From Candidatus Woesearchaeota archaeon (GTDB lineage Archaea; Nanobdellota; Nanobdellia; Pacearchaeales; GW2011-AR1), in NCBI GenBank assembly GCA_964613185.1, contig CAZTIP010000002.1, forward strand, positions 15,757 to 79,756: 64,000 nt of DNA. The letters run 5' to 3'. A program made the position numbers and the translations under genes. The notes below the pieces were generated by a model that ran no database searches, had not been told where the DNA came from, and worked only from the letters and a program-made list of their open reading frames with translations. Positions 1 to 8,810 of the stretch are shown here, piece after piece; position 1 is the stretch's first letter, and every line of letters starts with the position of its first letter.

Positions 1-857
1 TTCGTGCTGATGGAAATGAGATTAATGGGCGTTTGATTGTTTTTGCTATCTTGCCCAAAGTTACAAGTTCTTCTATGTCGGCTATTGAAAGTTTACAAAA
101 AATTGCAGATAGTGAGATTTATCATGAAGTTACTAGAAAATTTGCCCAGGGAATTTTGGAAGATTATAAAAATTTAGATAAGGATTCTAAAATTGAAAAA
201 TTGGTTGAACTTGTAGAAGAAATTTCTAATCGAAGTGATGACGAAAAGATTTTGATTTATACACGTCATCCGACTACTTTAAGATATATTGTGAATAAAT
301 TGAAACCTCTTAATTTAAAAATTATTGAATTTATGGGTGGTCTTGATAGAGAAGAAAAATCTCGGAGAATTGATTCTTTTAAAAAAGGAGAGGCAGATAT
401 TTTGATTTCTACAGATACAGGTGCAGAAGGTTTGAATTTTCAGTTTTGTCGTAATCTGATTAATTATGATTTGCCTTGGAATCCCATGTCCGTTGAACAA
501 AGAATTGGAAGGTTGGACAGGATTGGACAAAAGAGAGATATGTATATTTATTCTTTTGCGACGAAAGGAACTATGGAAGAACATGTTGTTGATTTGATTA
601 TCAATAAAATGTGTTGTGTTGGGATGGTGATTGGAGAATTGCCAATTATCCTTTTTAATCTGGGATTAGATGGTGAAGGAGATTCTGGAAAGAATAAAAT
701 TGAAGAACGTTTGATGAATTCATTTATTGATTCAAAAGGAAATTTAGATTTGTTTAGTAAGGAAGTTGATGAAATTGCAGGGGTTGTTTCAAAAGGAATG
801 AAAGATTATGAAGAAGACAAAAAAAATAATGAGAATTTTTTAGATAAACCTCTTTGA
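1..857 (+). CDS. SNF2/Swi2-family helicase, C-terminal fragment. The frame is open to the left edge of the window, so this is a partial CDS.
   Basis: Helicase C-terminal motifs are present (DLPWNP and QRIGRLDRIGQ). No stop codon lies in frame upstream to position 1. Confidence 0.7.
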   Translation, partial: RADGNEINGRLIVFAILPKVTSSSMSAIESLQKIADSEIYHEVTRKFAQGILEDYKNLDKDSKIEKLVELVEEISNRSDDEKILIYTRHPTTLRYIVNKLKPLNLKIIEFMGGLDREEKSRRIDSFKKGEADILISTDTGAEGLNFQFCRNLINYDLPWNPMSVEQRIGRLDRIGQKRDMYIYSFATKGTMEEHVVDLIINKMCCVGMVIGELPIILFNLGLDGEGDSGKNKIEERLMNSFIDSKGNLDLFSKEVDEIAGVVSKGMKDYEEDKKNNENFLDKPL

Positions 858-908
858 ATAATCACATTTTAACACAATAATCCCTTTAAACTTAATAGTC
901 TCAAATTT

Positions 909-2306
909 TTGATGGTTGAACAGATTGAAAAATTTACTAAGGAATTTTTTGAAAATTTAAAAAGTTCTCTTACTTTTGAAGGAGATATTTTAGTTGTGAG
1001 TAATGTCCCTAAAAGTTTTGAGGATATTTTTGGTAAATCTGCCCCTTATAGGCTGAGTTTTGAAAAAGATTTTGAAGGCGGAGAGTTTGTTGGAAAGGGA
1101 AGTCAGTTTTTTTCTGCGATGATGAAATATTTGGAAAATTCTGGAAAGACTACATTACTTAAAATAGATTTTGATGTTGACCCCTTGAAAGAAATTGAGA
1201 AGGTTATTTCTTTGAAAAATTGTGAAATAGATAACTTGGTTAAAAAACATAAAAATAATTTTATTTCTCGTTTTACTTTTATGACTTCGTTTCAATATTT
1301 GAATGAATCTGAGAAAGTTGTTAATGAAATTTATGTTCATGAAAATTCTGTTGTTGAGGGAAATTTGGAAGGATATAAAATTATTGAAGGGATGGGGAAT
1401 GAAGCGACTTCAAAAAATTTGGAAAATGATTATTCTTTGGCAAGAAATTTCTTGAAAAATCTTTTGAAAATTAAAACTGAAGAAGTTGGAAAAATTCTTG
1501 AGGAAAAATTGGGGGAAGAAGTTGAACGAATTAGAAAACATTATGGTCATTTGATTGGAGAACTTGGAGGAGATTTATCTGAACGTTTAGGGAAAATTAA
1601 AGAGGTTGAATTGCAATTGAGAACGTCTGATGGAGAAGATGCCGAAGTTTTGAGACAACGATTGGAGAGATTGCAAAAAGGAATAGTTAAGGTGGGTGAT
1701 GATGATGCTAAGGAGAGAATATTAAAAGAACAAGAATTTACTATTAAAGGTGCGAGACACAAATATAGCTTGAATATTAATAATAATTTAGTTAATACGA
1801 CTATTATTTATTATCCGGTTTTTTTGTTTAATTTATTTTTGAAAGGGAAAAATTCTAAAAGATTTATTGAAATGACTTATGACCCTTTAATTAAGAAATT
1901 GAATAATTTAAAATGTGAGTCTTGTGATGTTTCTGTTGAGGAAATTAATCTTTGTTCTAATGGGCATATTACTTGTGAGAATTGTTTTGGTGGGTGCGGA
2001 GATTGTGGAAATAAATTTTGTGAAAAATGTTTGAAGAAGTCTTGTTCTTCTTGTGGGAAATTGATGTGTAAAAATTGTTCAAAAATCTGTTTTGGTTGTG
2101 GGAAATCTGTTTGTGCAGACCATTTTAGGACTGACGGAGTTAGTGGAGAAAAAAGATGTGTTAGATGTCTCCGAGCTTGTTTAAGATGTCACTGTTTGAC
2201 GAATTCAAAATATTTTGGAGAATCGTTGGATGGTTCAAAGGTTTGTCAGAAATGTTTGGGTGTTGAAAAAAGAAGAGGGGCAATGAAAAGAATTTTTGAG
2301 GAGTGA
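909..2306 (+). CDS. Hypothetical protein with an N-terminal coiled-coil-like region and a C-terminal multi-zinc-ribbon tail
   Basis: ORF of 465 aa. The last ~115 aa hold 23 Cys, mostly arranged as CxxC pairs. It lies directly downstream of the SNF2 fragment on the same strand. Confidence 0.5.
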   Translation: MMVEQIEKFTKEFFENLKSSLTFEGDILVVSNVPKSFEDIFGKSAPYRLSFEKDFEGGEFVGKGSQFFSAMMKYLENSGKTTLLKIDFDVDPLKEIEKVISLKNCEIDNLVKKHKNNFISRFTFMTSFQYLNESEKVVNEIYVHENSVVEGNLEGYKIIEGMGNEATSKNLENDYSLARNFLKNLLKIKTEEVGKILEEKLGEEVERIRKHYGHLIGELGGDLSERLGKIKEVELQLRTSDGEDAEVLRQRLERLQKGIVKVGDDDAKERILKEQEFTIKGARHKYSLNINNNLVNTTIIYYPVFLFNLFLKGKNSKRFIEMTYDPLIKKLNNLKCESCDVSVEEINLCSNGHITCENCFGGCGDCGNKFCEKCLKKSCSSCGKLMCKNCSKICFGCGKSVCADHFRTDGVSGEKRCVRCLRACLRCHCLTNSKYFGESLDGSKVCQKCLGVEKRRGAMKRIFEE

Positions 2307-2391
2307 GAATATTTATAAAGTGGAAGTTCTTTTATTTTTTAGAAAATGGAAGTAAGTTTGAAAAACTTCCGAACATTTTCGATAAACAAAA

Positions 2392-3024
2392 ATGGAAGTG
2401 AAATTTAATGTTAAAAAGTCCTTTGGGTATTTTTTATTTATGGCAGTTTTTTTATCTATGAGTTTATTTTTGGTAGGGGCTTATGGTGGAAATAATGCTC
2501 CTGTAATGGGGCACAGCGGAGGAGAGATTGAAGTTACTACTACTTTTGGAGGGTCCCAGACTCGTACTTTGAATGATTTTGGGGATGATGTTGAGACTGC
2601 AGATTATTCCCATCAATCTCAAATAGATGATTTGAAATGTACTTTTGTCAGTTTGGGTTCAAATTCTGAAGAAACTATTGAGGTTCCTCAAAAATGTTTA
2701 AAGGCAGGTTGTATTGTTAAGGTAAGTGCCAAAGATATTATAGGAAATAGAGTGACATCTTATGGAATTTATTCTCAAGATTTTTCGATAAGCAGTGTTC
2801 AAAAATTTTATTTGACAAAATTTAGAGATAATAATGTTAATGGGATTTCATTTTCTGGAGGAGATAATGGGGATTCTATAAATACTCTTCTTTTTAATGT
2901 TCATTCTACACAAGGATTAAAAATTATGGATGATGGAAATCTGGAACAGGATTTGACCAAATGGACAAAATTAGATTCTTCAGGGAGTTCTAGTTGGGAT
3001 ATTACTTCTATACAATTTTGCTAA
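2392..3024 (+). CDS. Hypothetical secreted or membrane-anchored protein
   Basis: ORF of 210 aa with an N-terminal hydrophobic segment (FGYFLFMAVFLSMSLFLVGAYG). Confidence 0.4.
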   Translation: MEVKFNVKKSFGYFLFMAVFLSMSLFLVGAYGGNNAPVMGHSGGEIEVTTTFGGSQTRTLNDFGDDVETADYSHQSQIDDLKCTFVSLGSNSEETIEVPQKCLKAGCIVKVSAKDIIGNRVTSYGIYSQDFSISSVQKFYLTKFRDNNVNGISFSGGDNGDSINTLLFNVHSTQGLKIMDDGNLEQDLTKWTKLDSSGSSSWDITSIQFC

Positions 3025-3248
3025 TTTAAAATTTTTGAATCAAACGAGACCGCATGAAATCTCCTCGTAAATCACTCTAAAATTTTCTAATCACTTCTTT
3101 GAGAAAATTCAGACAATTCACTCCCCTCCATTTTGATGGGTCTTCGAACTCCTCACGAGCTCGGAGGGAATCGGCTTCGTGTCTGAGACACTCGCTAACA
3201 TCGGTCTCGCTTTGCTCACTGCGTTGTTAAACCCAAAGGTTCGATGAA

Positions 3249-3320
3249 CGAGCTCGGAGGGAATCGAACCCCCATCAACAGGGCCGAAACCTGTTATTCT
3301 GTCCATTAAACTACGAGCTC
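3249..3320 (-). tRNA. tRNA-Arg(TCG)
   Basis: The reverse complement reads GAGCTCGTAGTTTAATGGACAGAATAACAGGTTTCGGCCCTGTTGATGGGGGTTCGATTCCCTCCGAGCTCG. It has a 7-bp acceptor stem, the anticodon loop TTTCGGC and the T-loop GTTCGATTCC. The D-arm pairing is non-canonical. Confidence 0.7.
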
Positions 3321-3459
3321 ATTTGAGCAAGTTGTTTTCTTGAAGCAATGATTTGCTACCTTAAACTACGAGCTCTTTAATATTAATGTGACTTGGAAAG
3401 AACTTATAAAATTATCTAATTTCTTTTTTCATTAGTTTTAAATAACCTTATTCCCTTTT

Positions 3460-4923
3460 TTGTTGATGGGTAAGAAAAAAACGACATTCAATATTTCTAA
3501 ATCTGAGAACTTTTCAGAGTGGTATTCTGAGATTTTGAGTAAGGCCGAGGTTACTGATATTCGTTATGGTGTTAAGGGGTTTGTTGTGATTCGTCCGTGG
3601 GGTGCAAGAATTATGGAAAATATGTATCGGATTTATTCTTCTGCATTAAATCGAACCGGACATAATCCTGCAGTTTTTCCTACTTTGATTCCTGAAGGAA
3701 ATTTTAAGAAAGAAGCTGGACATGTGGAGGGATTTGCTCCGGAAGTTTTTTGGTTGGAGAATAAACAAGGTGACGAAAAGTTGGCTTTGAGACCAACCAG
3801 TGAAACTGCTTTTTATGAAATGTATAGTCAATGGATTAGAAGTTATCGAGATTTACCTGTTAAAATTTATCAGAGGGCGAATATTTTTCGTTATGAAACT
3901 AAAGCGACTCGTCCGTTGATTCGTTCAAGGGAATTTCATTGGATTGAATCTCATAATGCATTTGCTACTAAGAAAGAGGCAGAAGCACAGGTTTTAGAGG
4001 ATATTGAAATGACGGATGCAGTTATGCATAATGTTTTTGGTGTTCCGTTTTTGCCTATGAGAAGACCTCAATGGGATAAATTCCCGGGGGCAGAATATAC
4101 TGTTGGAAGTGATTCAATTATGCCGGATGGGAAAGTTCTTCAACAACCTTCAACCCATATGCTTGGGCAACACTTCTCTAAAGCTTTTGATGTAAAATTT
4201 GTAGATGAAAAAGAAAAGGAAAAACATGTTTGGCAAACCTGTTATGGTCCTGCGATGTCGAGAATTATGGCTTCTGTAATTTCAGTTCATGGAGATGATA
4301 ATGGGTTAATTTTGCCTTATACTTTGTCTCCTGTTCAAGTTGTGATTGTTCCGATGTATTCTGAAGATTCAAAAATAAAGAAAAAAATTGATGAATTTTT
4401 GGAAAAAATTGGGGATGATTTTTTTAGAGAAAATATTGATATTGAAGTTGATGATTCAAATAAACGACCTGGAGAGAAATTTTTTAAGTGGGAAATGAAG
4501 GGAGTCCCGTTTAGAATTGAACTTGGAGAAAATGAATTGAATTCTGGCGAGGTTACAGTTTTTATTAGAGATACTAAAGAAAAAGTTTCCATTAAGTTTG
4601 AAGATTTGGTTGAAGATATTAAAAATTTGGGTGCGGAATTTGATGCTCGTTTGAAATCTCGAGCTGACGAATTTTTTGAGAATAGGATAATTGAATGTTC
4701 GAATAAGGCATCTATAAAAAAAGCTTTTAATTCTGGAAATGTCGCGAAATTTAATTTTTGTTCTGCTGATGAAGCTGGAAAAGGTTGTGCAGAATATGTT
4801 GAGAAAGAATTATCTGCTAGAATTATGGGTGTTCGTCATGATGTTGTGGAAAAAGCTAAAGGAAAATGTGAATTTTGTGGAAAGAAGGCTGGTGTCGTGG
4901 TTTATGCAGGGAAGAGTTATTGA
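3460..4923 (+). CDS. proS: Prolyl-tRNA synthetase, archaeal/eukaryotic class II type
   Basis: Class II ProRS motifs are present (YRDLPVKIYQRANIFRYE...REFHWIESH). The C-terminus has an archaeal-type zinc-binding region (CEFCGKKA). Confidence 0.9.
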   Translation: MLMGKKKTTFNISKSENFSEWYSEILSKAEVTDIRYGVKGFVVIRPWGARIMENMYRIYSSALNRTGHNPAVFPTLIPEGNFKKEAGHVEGFAPEVFWLENKQGDEKLALRPTSETAFYEMYSQWIRSYRDLPVKIYQRANIFRYETKATRPLIRSREFHWIESHNAFATKKEAEAQVLEDIEMTDAVMHNVFGVPFLPMRRPQWDKFPGAEYTVGSDSIMPDGKVLQQPSTHMLGQHFSKAFDVKFVDEKEKEKHVWQTCYGPAMSRIMASVISVHGDDNGLILPYTLSPVQVVIVPMYSEDSKIKKKIDEFLEKIGDDFFRENIDIEVDDSNKRPGEKFFKWEMKGVPFRIELGENELNSGEVTVFIRDTKEKVSIKFEDLVEDIKNLGAEFDARLKSRADEFFENRIIECSNKASIKKAFNSGNVAKFNFCSADEAGKGCAEYVEKELSARIMGVRHDVVEKAKGKCEFCGKKAGVVVYAGKSY

Positions 4924-4964
4924 GTTTTCTAAATCTTTATAAATCCTTTAATGTTTTTTATTTT

Positions 4965-5243
4965 ATGGTAATTCCTATTGAGAAACAATCAAAACAGTTG
5001 GGTGATTTGATTAAGGGAGATTTATTTTTTATTAATGGGAAAGAGATGAAAGTAGACTCTCAATATGTTTTACAAGATCATGGGGAAATGAAAGAGATGG
5101 TTATCGAAGTTTTTAATCCTGAAAATGATAGGGAATATCAAATTAGATATTTTGATGACCAAATTGATACTAGCATAGAAGTTTATGAATTACAAAACGA
5201 ATTTCAATATGTTCGACGGGAACCAAAAAATGTTGCTTGGTAA
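4965..5243 (+). CDS. Hypothetical small protein (~92 aa from the internal Met)
   Basis: The ORF 4875..5243 overlaps the proS 3' end. The more likely start is the ATG at 4965, which follows an AT-rich TATA-like stretch. Confidence 0.3.
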   Translation: MVIPIEKQSKQLGDLIKGDLFFINGKEMKVDSQYVLQDHGEMKEMVIEVFNPENDREYQIRYFDDQIDTSIEVYELQNEFQYVRREPKNVAW

Positions 5244-5299
5244 TTTGAATTTTATCAATTGGAAATTTATCTTTTAAAATTATTTTTGAGAAATTTGAA

Positions 5300-5345
5300 T
5301 TTTCCAAAACATTTATATACTAATGGTTACCATTAGTATGCTTAT
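5300..5345. promoter_or_regulatory. Near-perfect palindrome (ACTAATGGTTACCATTAGT) plus a second ATGGTAACC half-site overlapping the start of a small ORF. Candidate operator.
   Basis: Inverted repeat read directly from the sequence at 5310-5330, with a repeated ATGGT(T/A)ACC motif at 5323 and 5344. Confidence 0.4.
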
Positions 5346-5520
5346 GGTAACCTTAAAGAGAAAAGATACGGCAGTTAAAGTTAGTAAATGGTTGGATAAA
5401 AAAGTTCAACATTATATTTCTGATAGGAAAATTAAAGTAGAGTTTCCGTCTAAACGAAACTTTATTGATAAAGCGGTTATGCGTTTGCTGGAGGAAAAAG
5501 GTGTGAGGTTAGATAAATGA
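5344..5520 (+). CDS. Small basic protein, possibly a ribbon-helix-helix-like DNA-binding protein
   Basis: 58-65 aa depending on start (MVTLKRKDTAVKVSKWL...MRLLEEKG). The palindrome overlaps its start. A 41-aa ORF follows at 5532..5657. Confidence 0.3.
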   Translation: MVTLKRKDTAVKVSKWLDKKVQHYISDRKIKVEFPSKRNFIDKAVMRLLEEKGVRLDK

Positions 5521-5666
5521 TTGGAGGAAAAATGGACAAAATTGAAAAAGCAAAAGAAATGTTTGAAATTTTAGAGGGTAGAAAATCAAACCATTCTGTT
5601 GAAATTGCTAAAAGAGCTTTTTATATTCAGGAAAGACTTTCTAAACTTAAAAATTAATTTTATTTT

Positions 5667-6674
5667 TTAATTATTTTTGAAAATACCTTTTGCAAAAGTT
5701 TTAGCAACAATTAAAGGAAAGAGAATTGAAGCGTCTCCATGAACTTTGATTGTTTTTGCTTCCTTTGTAATTTTTCCCCAAGATACTGCTTCGTCTGGTC
5801 TTGCTCCGGCGTCAGAACCATCAAATTCTTGAGCATTGTTGATATAAACTGCATAATCTGCCCCATTTCTAAACATATTGGCATTACAAATGTGATGTTT
5901 TATCACTCCGCCTCCCAAAATTATCATCCCTGTTTTTTCTTTTCCGATTGTTGAATTATTGATTTCCACAATATCTTCTGAAACATCTACTTTAAATTCA
6001 GGGTGTTTTGATTTGAAAAAATAAATCATATCTCCTATTGAACCGTCAGTTATTGCGGGACAGAATACAGGAATTTTATTTTTTTCAGCCCAGTAATAAA
6101 TTGAGTTTTCATTTTTAATTGCTTTCCCCAATAAGTGAATTAATTTTTTTGGAGTTATAATTTCTCCAGTTTCTTTTTGTTTTTCGTTTTGTTTTTCTAA
6201 TAATGGGATTACAAAATCTTCAAATCTACAATATCTTGAATTTGGAATTAAAATATTTCCTGCTCGATTTATTCCAGAATTTCTTAATTCTTTCCCTGAT
6301 TTGTTAAATGAACCAATTTTGAAATCCCCCAAACATTTTATTATATCTTCTTCAATTCCTCCCGCTGTTGTTACAATTGCATCAATTAATTTGTGTTGGA
6401 CTAGAAATCTGAAAATTTCTCTTAGTCCTCCCGTCACCATATTTGAAGTATATCCCAAATAAATAAATGAATTATTTTCTCTCATCTCTTTGATTATTTG
6501 AATTGCTTTTGAAAGATTTGTTGCTTGTGCCCCCGAGGTTGCGTAACTATCAATTATTTTTTCATAATTTATCCCCTTGTTAAAATCATAACCCTTTACC
6601 GAAATTCCTTCTGCTTCCTCACTTTCTCTAAGAATATTTTCTCTTGCAATATTTTCTTTTTCTTTAGATTCCAT
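5667..6674 (-). CDS. dys: Deoxyhypusine synthase
   Basis: Deoxyhypusine synthase motifs are present (GGGVIKHHICNANMFRNGADYAVYINNAQEFDGSDAGARPDEAVSWGKI). Length is 335 aa. Confidence 0.9.
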   Translation of the reverse strand: MESKEKENIARENILRESEEAEGISVKGYDFNKGINYEKIIDSYATSGAQATNLSKAIQIIKEMRENNSFIYLGYTSNMVTGGLREIFRFLVQHKLIDAIVTTAGGIEEDIIKCLGDFKIGSFNKSGKELRNSGINRAGNILIPNSRYCRFEDFVIPLLEKQNEKQKETGEIITPKKLIHLLGKAIKNENSIYYWAEKNKIPVFCPAITDGSIGDMIYFFKSKHPEFKVDVSEDIVEINNSTIGKEKTGMIILGGGVIKHHICNANMFRNGADYAVYINNAQEFDGSDAGARPDEAVSWGKITKEAKTIKVHGDASILFPLIVAKTFAKGIFKNN

Positions 6675-7700
6675 TTATTTTTTTCTCTCTTTCATTATTC
6701 TTAATGTTGGTGGATTAGAATTTAAATATTGATTCTTTGAAGATTCTAATGAATAATTATGTCCTTTAGAAATTATTTTATCTATAGTTTCTTTATTTAT
6801 ATATCCGCTAACATCTAAGGTCCCTTCTTCATCAATTATTTTTGCAATTCCTCTTATTTCATTTTTATCCATATATTTCCGGAAATCATCTCTAATGTTT
6901 CTTATCTCTTCTGGAGAAGGATTTTTATTTTTTGATTTGAATATATATACAGGTAATGTTCGGATTCTTTTCAATTGATCTTCTAAACTGAGATTAATTT
7001 TACTTGCAATAAATTCGTAAAATAAGGATTCTTCGTTTGAAACTTTTAATGGAGATTCCCATGCCTCTTGAAAACTTGTATCTCCTTCTCTTTCCTTATA
7101 ACCCCTCATTGCATTTCTTAAAATTTCTTGATAAAAATCTCTTTCTTCTTTTTTAATTGTTGCAGGAGTATATCCTTTATTTTGAAGTAAAATGTTTTGC
7201 AAAAGTCTAGCAGTTCTTCCATTTCCATCTAGGAATGGATGTATCCTAGCTAAATGTAAATGTACTAATCCTGCCTTTTCTACTGGATGAATCTCGTTTG
7301 AATAATTTATTGTTGAAATTAATTTAGACATATCTCTCGGAATTTTTTTAAAATTTAATGGAAGCAATGGATCGCAAATTCCCCCGATTGTTAAATTTTC
7401 AGTTCTATAATTTCTAGAATTATTTCTTGAATCAATAAGATGTGCGGTTTTTATTATTAATTGGTCATTTAATTTTTCGTCTAAATTTGATGAAGCATAT
7501 CTCCAAGCATCTTCTAAACCTCCAATAACTATCCTATTTGTTTCGTCTAACTTTTTTTCTTCTTCTAAAAGATATGAATGTGCAACTGCTTCTTCCTCTA
7601 AATCTATTCTAACTAATGAAGTTAAATCTGTTCTTGGAAGAGATTCAATTTTAATTGCTTTTTTGTCAATTTCATCGAGTACATATTGGCTTATAATCAT
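6675..7700 (-). CDS. Fic/Fido-domain protein, a putative AMPylator
   Basis: Canonical Fic motif HPFLDGNGRTARLL. Its stop codon abuts the start codon of dys. Confidence 0.85.
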   Translation of the reverse strand: MIISQYVLDEIDKKAIKIESLPRTDLTSLVRIDLEEEAVAHSYLLEEEKKLDETNRIVIGGLEDAWRYASSNLDEKLNDQLIIKTAHLIDSRNNSRNYRTENLTIGGICDPLLPLNFKKIPRDMSKLISTINYSNEIHPVEKAGLVHLHLARIHPFLDGNGRTARLLQNILLQNKGYTPATIKKEERDFYQEILRNAMRGYKEREGDTSFQEAWESPLKVSNEESLFYEFIASKINLSLEDQLKRIRTLPVYIFKSKNKNPSPEEIRNIRDDFRKYMDKNEIRGIAKIIDEEGTLDVSGYINKETIDKIISKGHNYSLESSKNQYLNSNPPTLRIMKERKK

Positions 7701-7763
7701 ATTTGATAAAGGTTTTTATTACTTTTAAACTTATCTGTTTGATGTAACTTTGAAGGGGTAAAA

Positions 7764-8810
7764 TTATGAAGTTTTAGAAATCTCTTTAATATAATTTTTA
7801 AAATTATCAAATTCCTCCATTGGAATCATTGCACCAGTTGCTTCTTCATGTCCTCCACCTGTTGAACCTTCTATTTTTTCAACTATCTTTTCGGTTATTT
7901 TAAGAGCATTCTTTCCTCTAATTGAAATATTTGCCTTGGAAGGTCTTTTGAATGCCACTACAACTAATTTATCAGGGTGCATAAATGATAATTTATTGGA
8001 AATTTGGGAGGACATACTCGTTTCTCCAGAATATGAAAAAAATAATATCTTTGAATTTTTTTCTAAATTTCTTTCTGCTTTTTCAATTTGTTTTTTATAG
8101 AATTCATTTAATTCATTATATCTTTTATGAAATTGTCCGGTGTATTGATTTTCCTCTAATAAATCATATGCGTTTTTTGCCTTGAAAAGATATTTCATTA
8201 ACCTTACTACATTAGTTATTGAATCCATCAATCCAAAATTCAACATTAAAACCATCTTTCCAATTTCAGTGGAATGCAGAGCTTCAAAAGGAGTTTTTTT
8301 TGAGTTGAATAATTCTGGATATTCTTTTTCAAAATCTTTTGCGAATTCAGGCATGTAAACATCTCCAATGCATCCAATCATTGCTAACCATAAATCTTCT
8401 TTTTTGTTAAAGACCTTTTGAGCAATATAAGTTGTTGGTTCGGCAGAAGGGAGAGAATTATAATAATTTGTTTTTTCTATTAATTCTTTTTTAGTATTTG
8501 TTTTGTGATGGTCTATCCAAATTATTGGAATATTTTTTTTATCTACATCTTCTATAAATTCCTTGCTTGTTTCTGCTTTGTCTAAAATGACAACCGTATC
8601 TGGATTTAATTCATCTACTTTTCTTAAATATTGTTCTTTTAAATCCGGGAATGATTTAATTGCAACTCCTTTTCCTCTTCCAAGCGCTCTCCTTAAAATT
8701 AAAAAAGCACAGAGTCCGTCAGTGTCATTGTCAAAAAAGAATAGGGGGTTTTGAGCGTTCTCTAAATTTTCTCTTAATTCTGTAAGTTTTTCTTTTGAAA
8801 TCATTAGCAT
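7764..8810 (-). CDS. DHH-DHHA1 phosphoesterase (NrnA/GdpP-like; candidate c-di-AMP/pApA phosphodiesterase)
   Basis: DHH motif I (FDNDTDGL), DHH motif (IWIDHHKTN) and the DHHA1 GGGH motif (GGGHEEATGA). It overlaps the upstream cyclase gene by 7 nt. Confidence 0.8.
   Translation of the reverse strand: MLMISKEKLTELRENLENAQNPLFFFDNDTDGLCAFLILRRALGRGKGVAIKSFPDLKEQYLRKVDELNPDTVVILDKAETSKEFIEDVDKKNIPIIWIDHHKTNTKKELIEKTNYYNSLPSAEPTTYIAQKVFNKKEDLWLAMIGCIGDVYMPEFAKDFEKEYPELFNSKKTPFEALHSTEIGKMVLMLNFGLMDSITNVVRLMKYLFKAKNAYDLLEENQYTGQFHKRYNELNEFYKKQIEKAERNLEKNSKILFFSYSGETSMSSQISNKLSFMHPDKLVVVAFKRPSKANISIRGKNALKITEKIVEKIEGSTGGGHEEATGAMIPMEEFDNFKNYIKEISKTS

Noticed and set aside
3118-3306. 62-aa minus-strand ORF from the six-frame track
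   Set aside because: It lies entirely over tRNA-Arg and its flanking partial tRNA copies. The GC-rich tRNA sequence produces an open frame by chance.
3156-3374. An integrated provirus or plasmid at the tRNA genes
   Set aside because: The partial tRNA copies are only 38-75 nt from the intact genes. No integrase, recombinase or other mobile-element genes lie between or beside them. The att-scar idea is kept only as one hypothesis in the findings.
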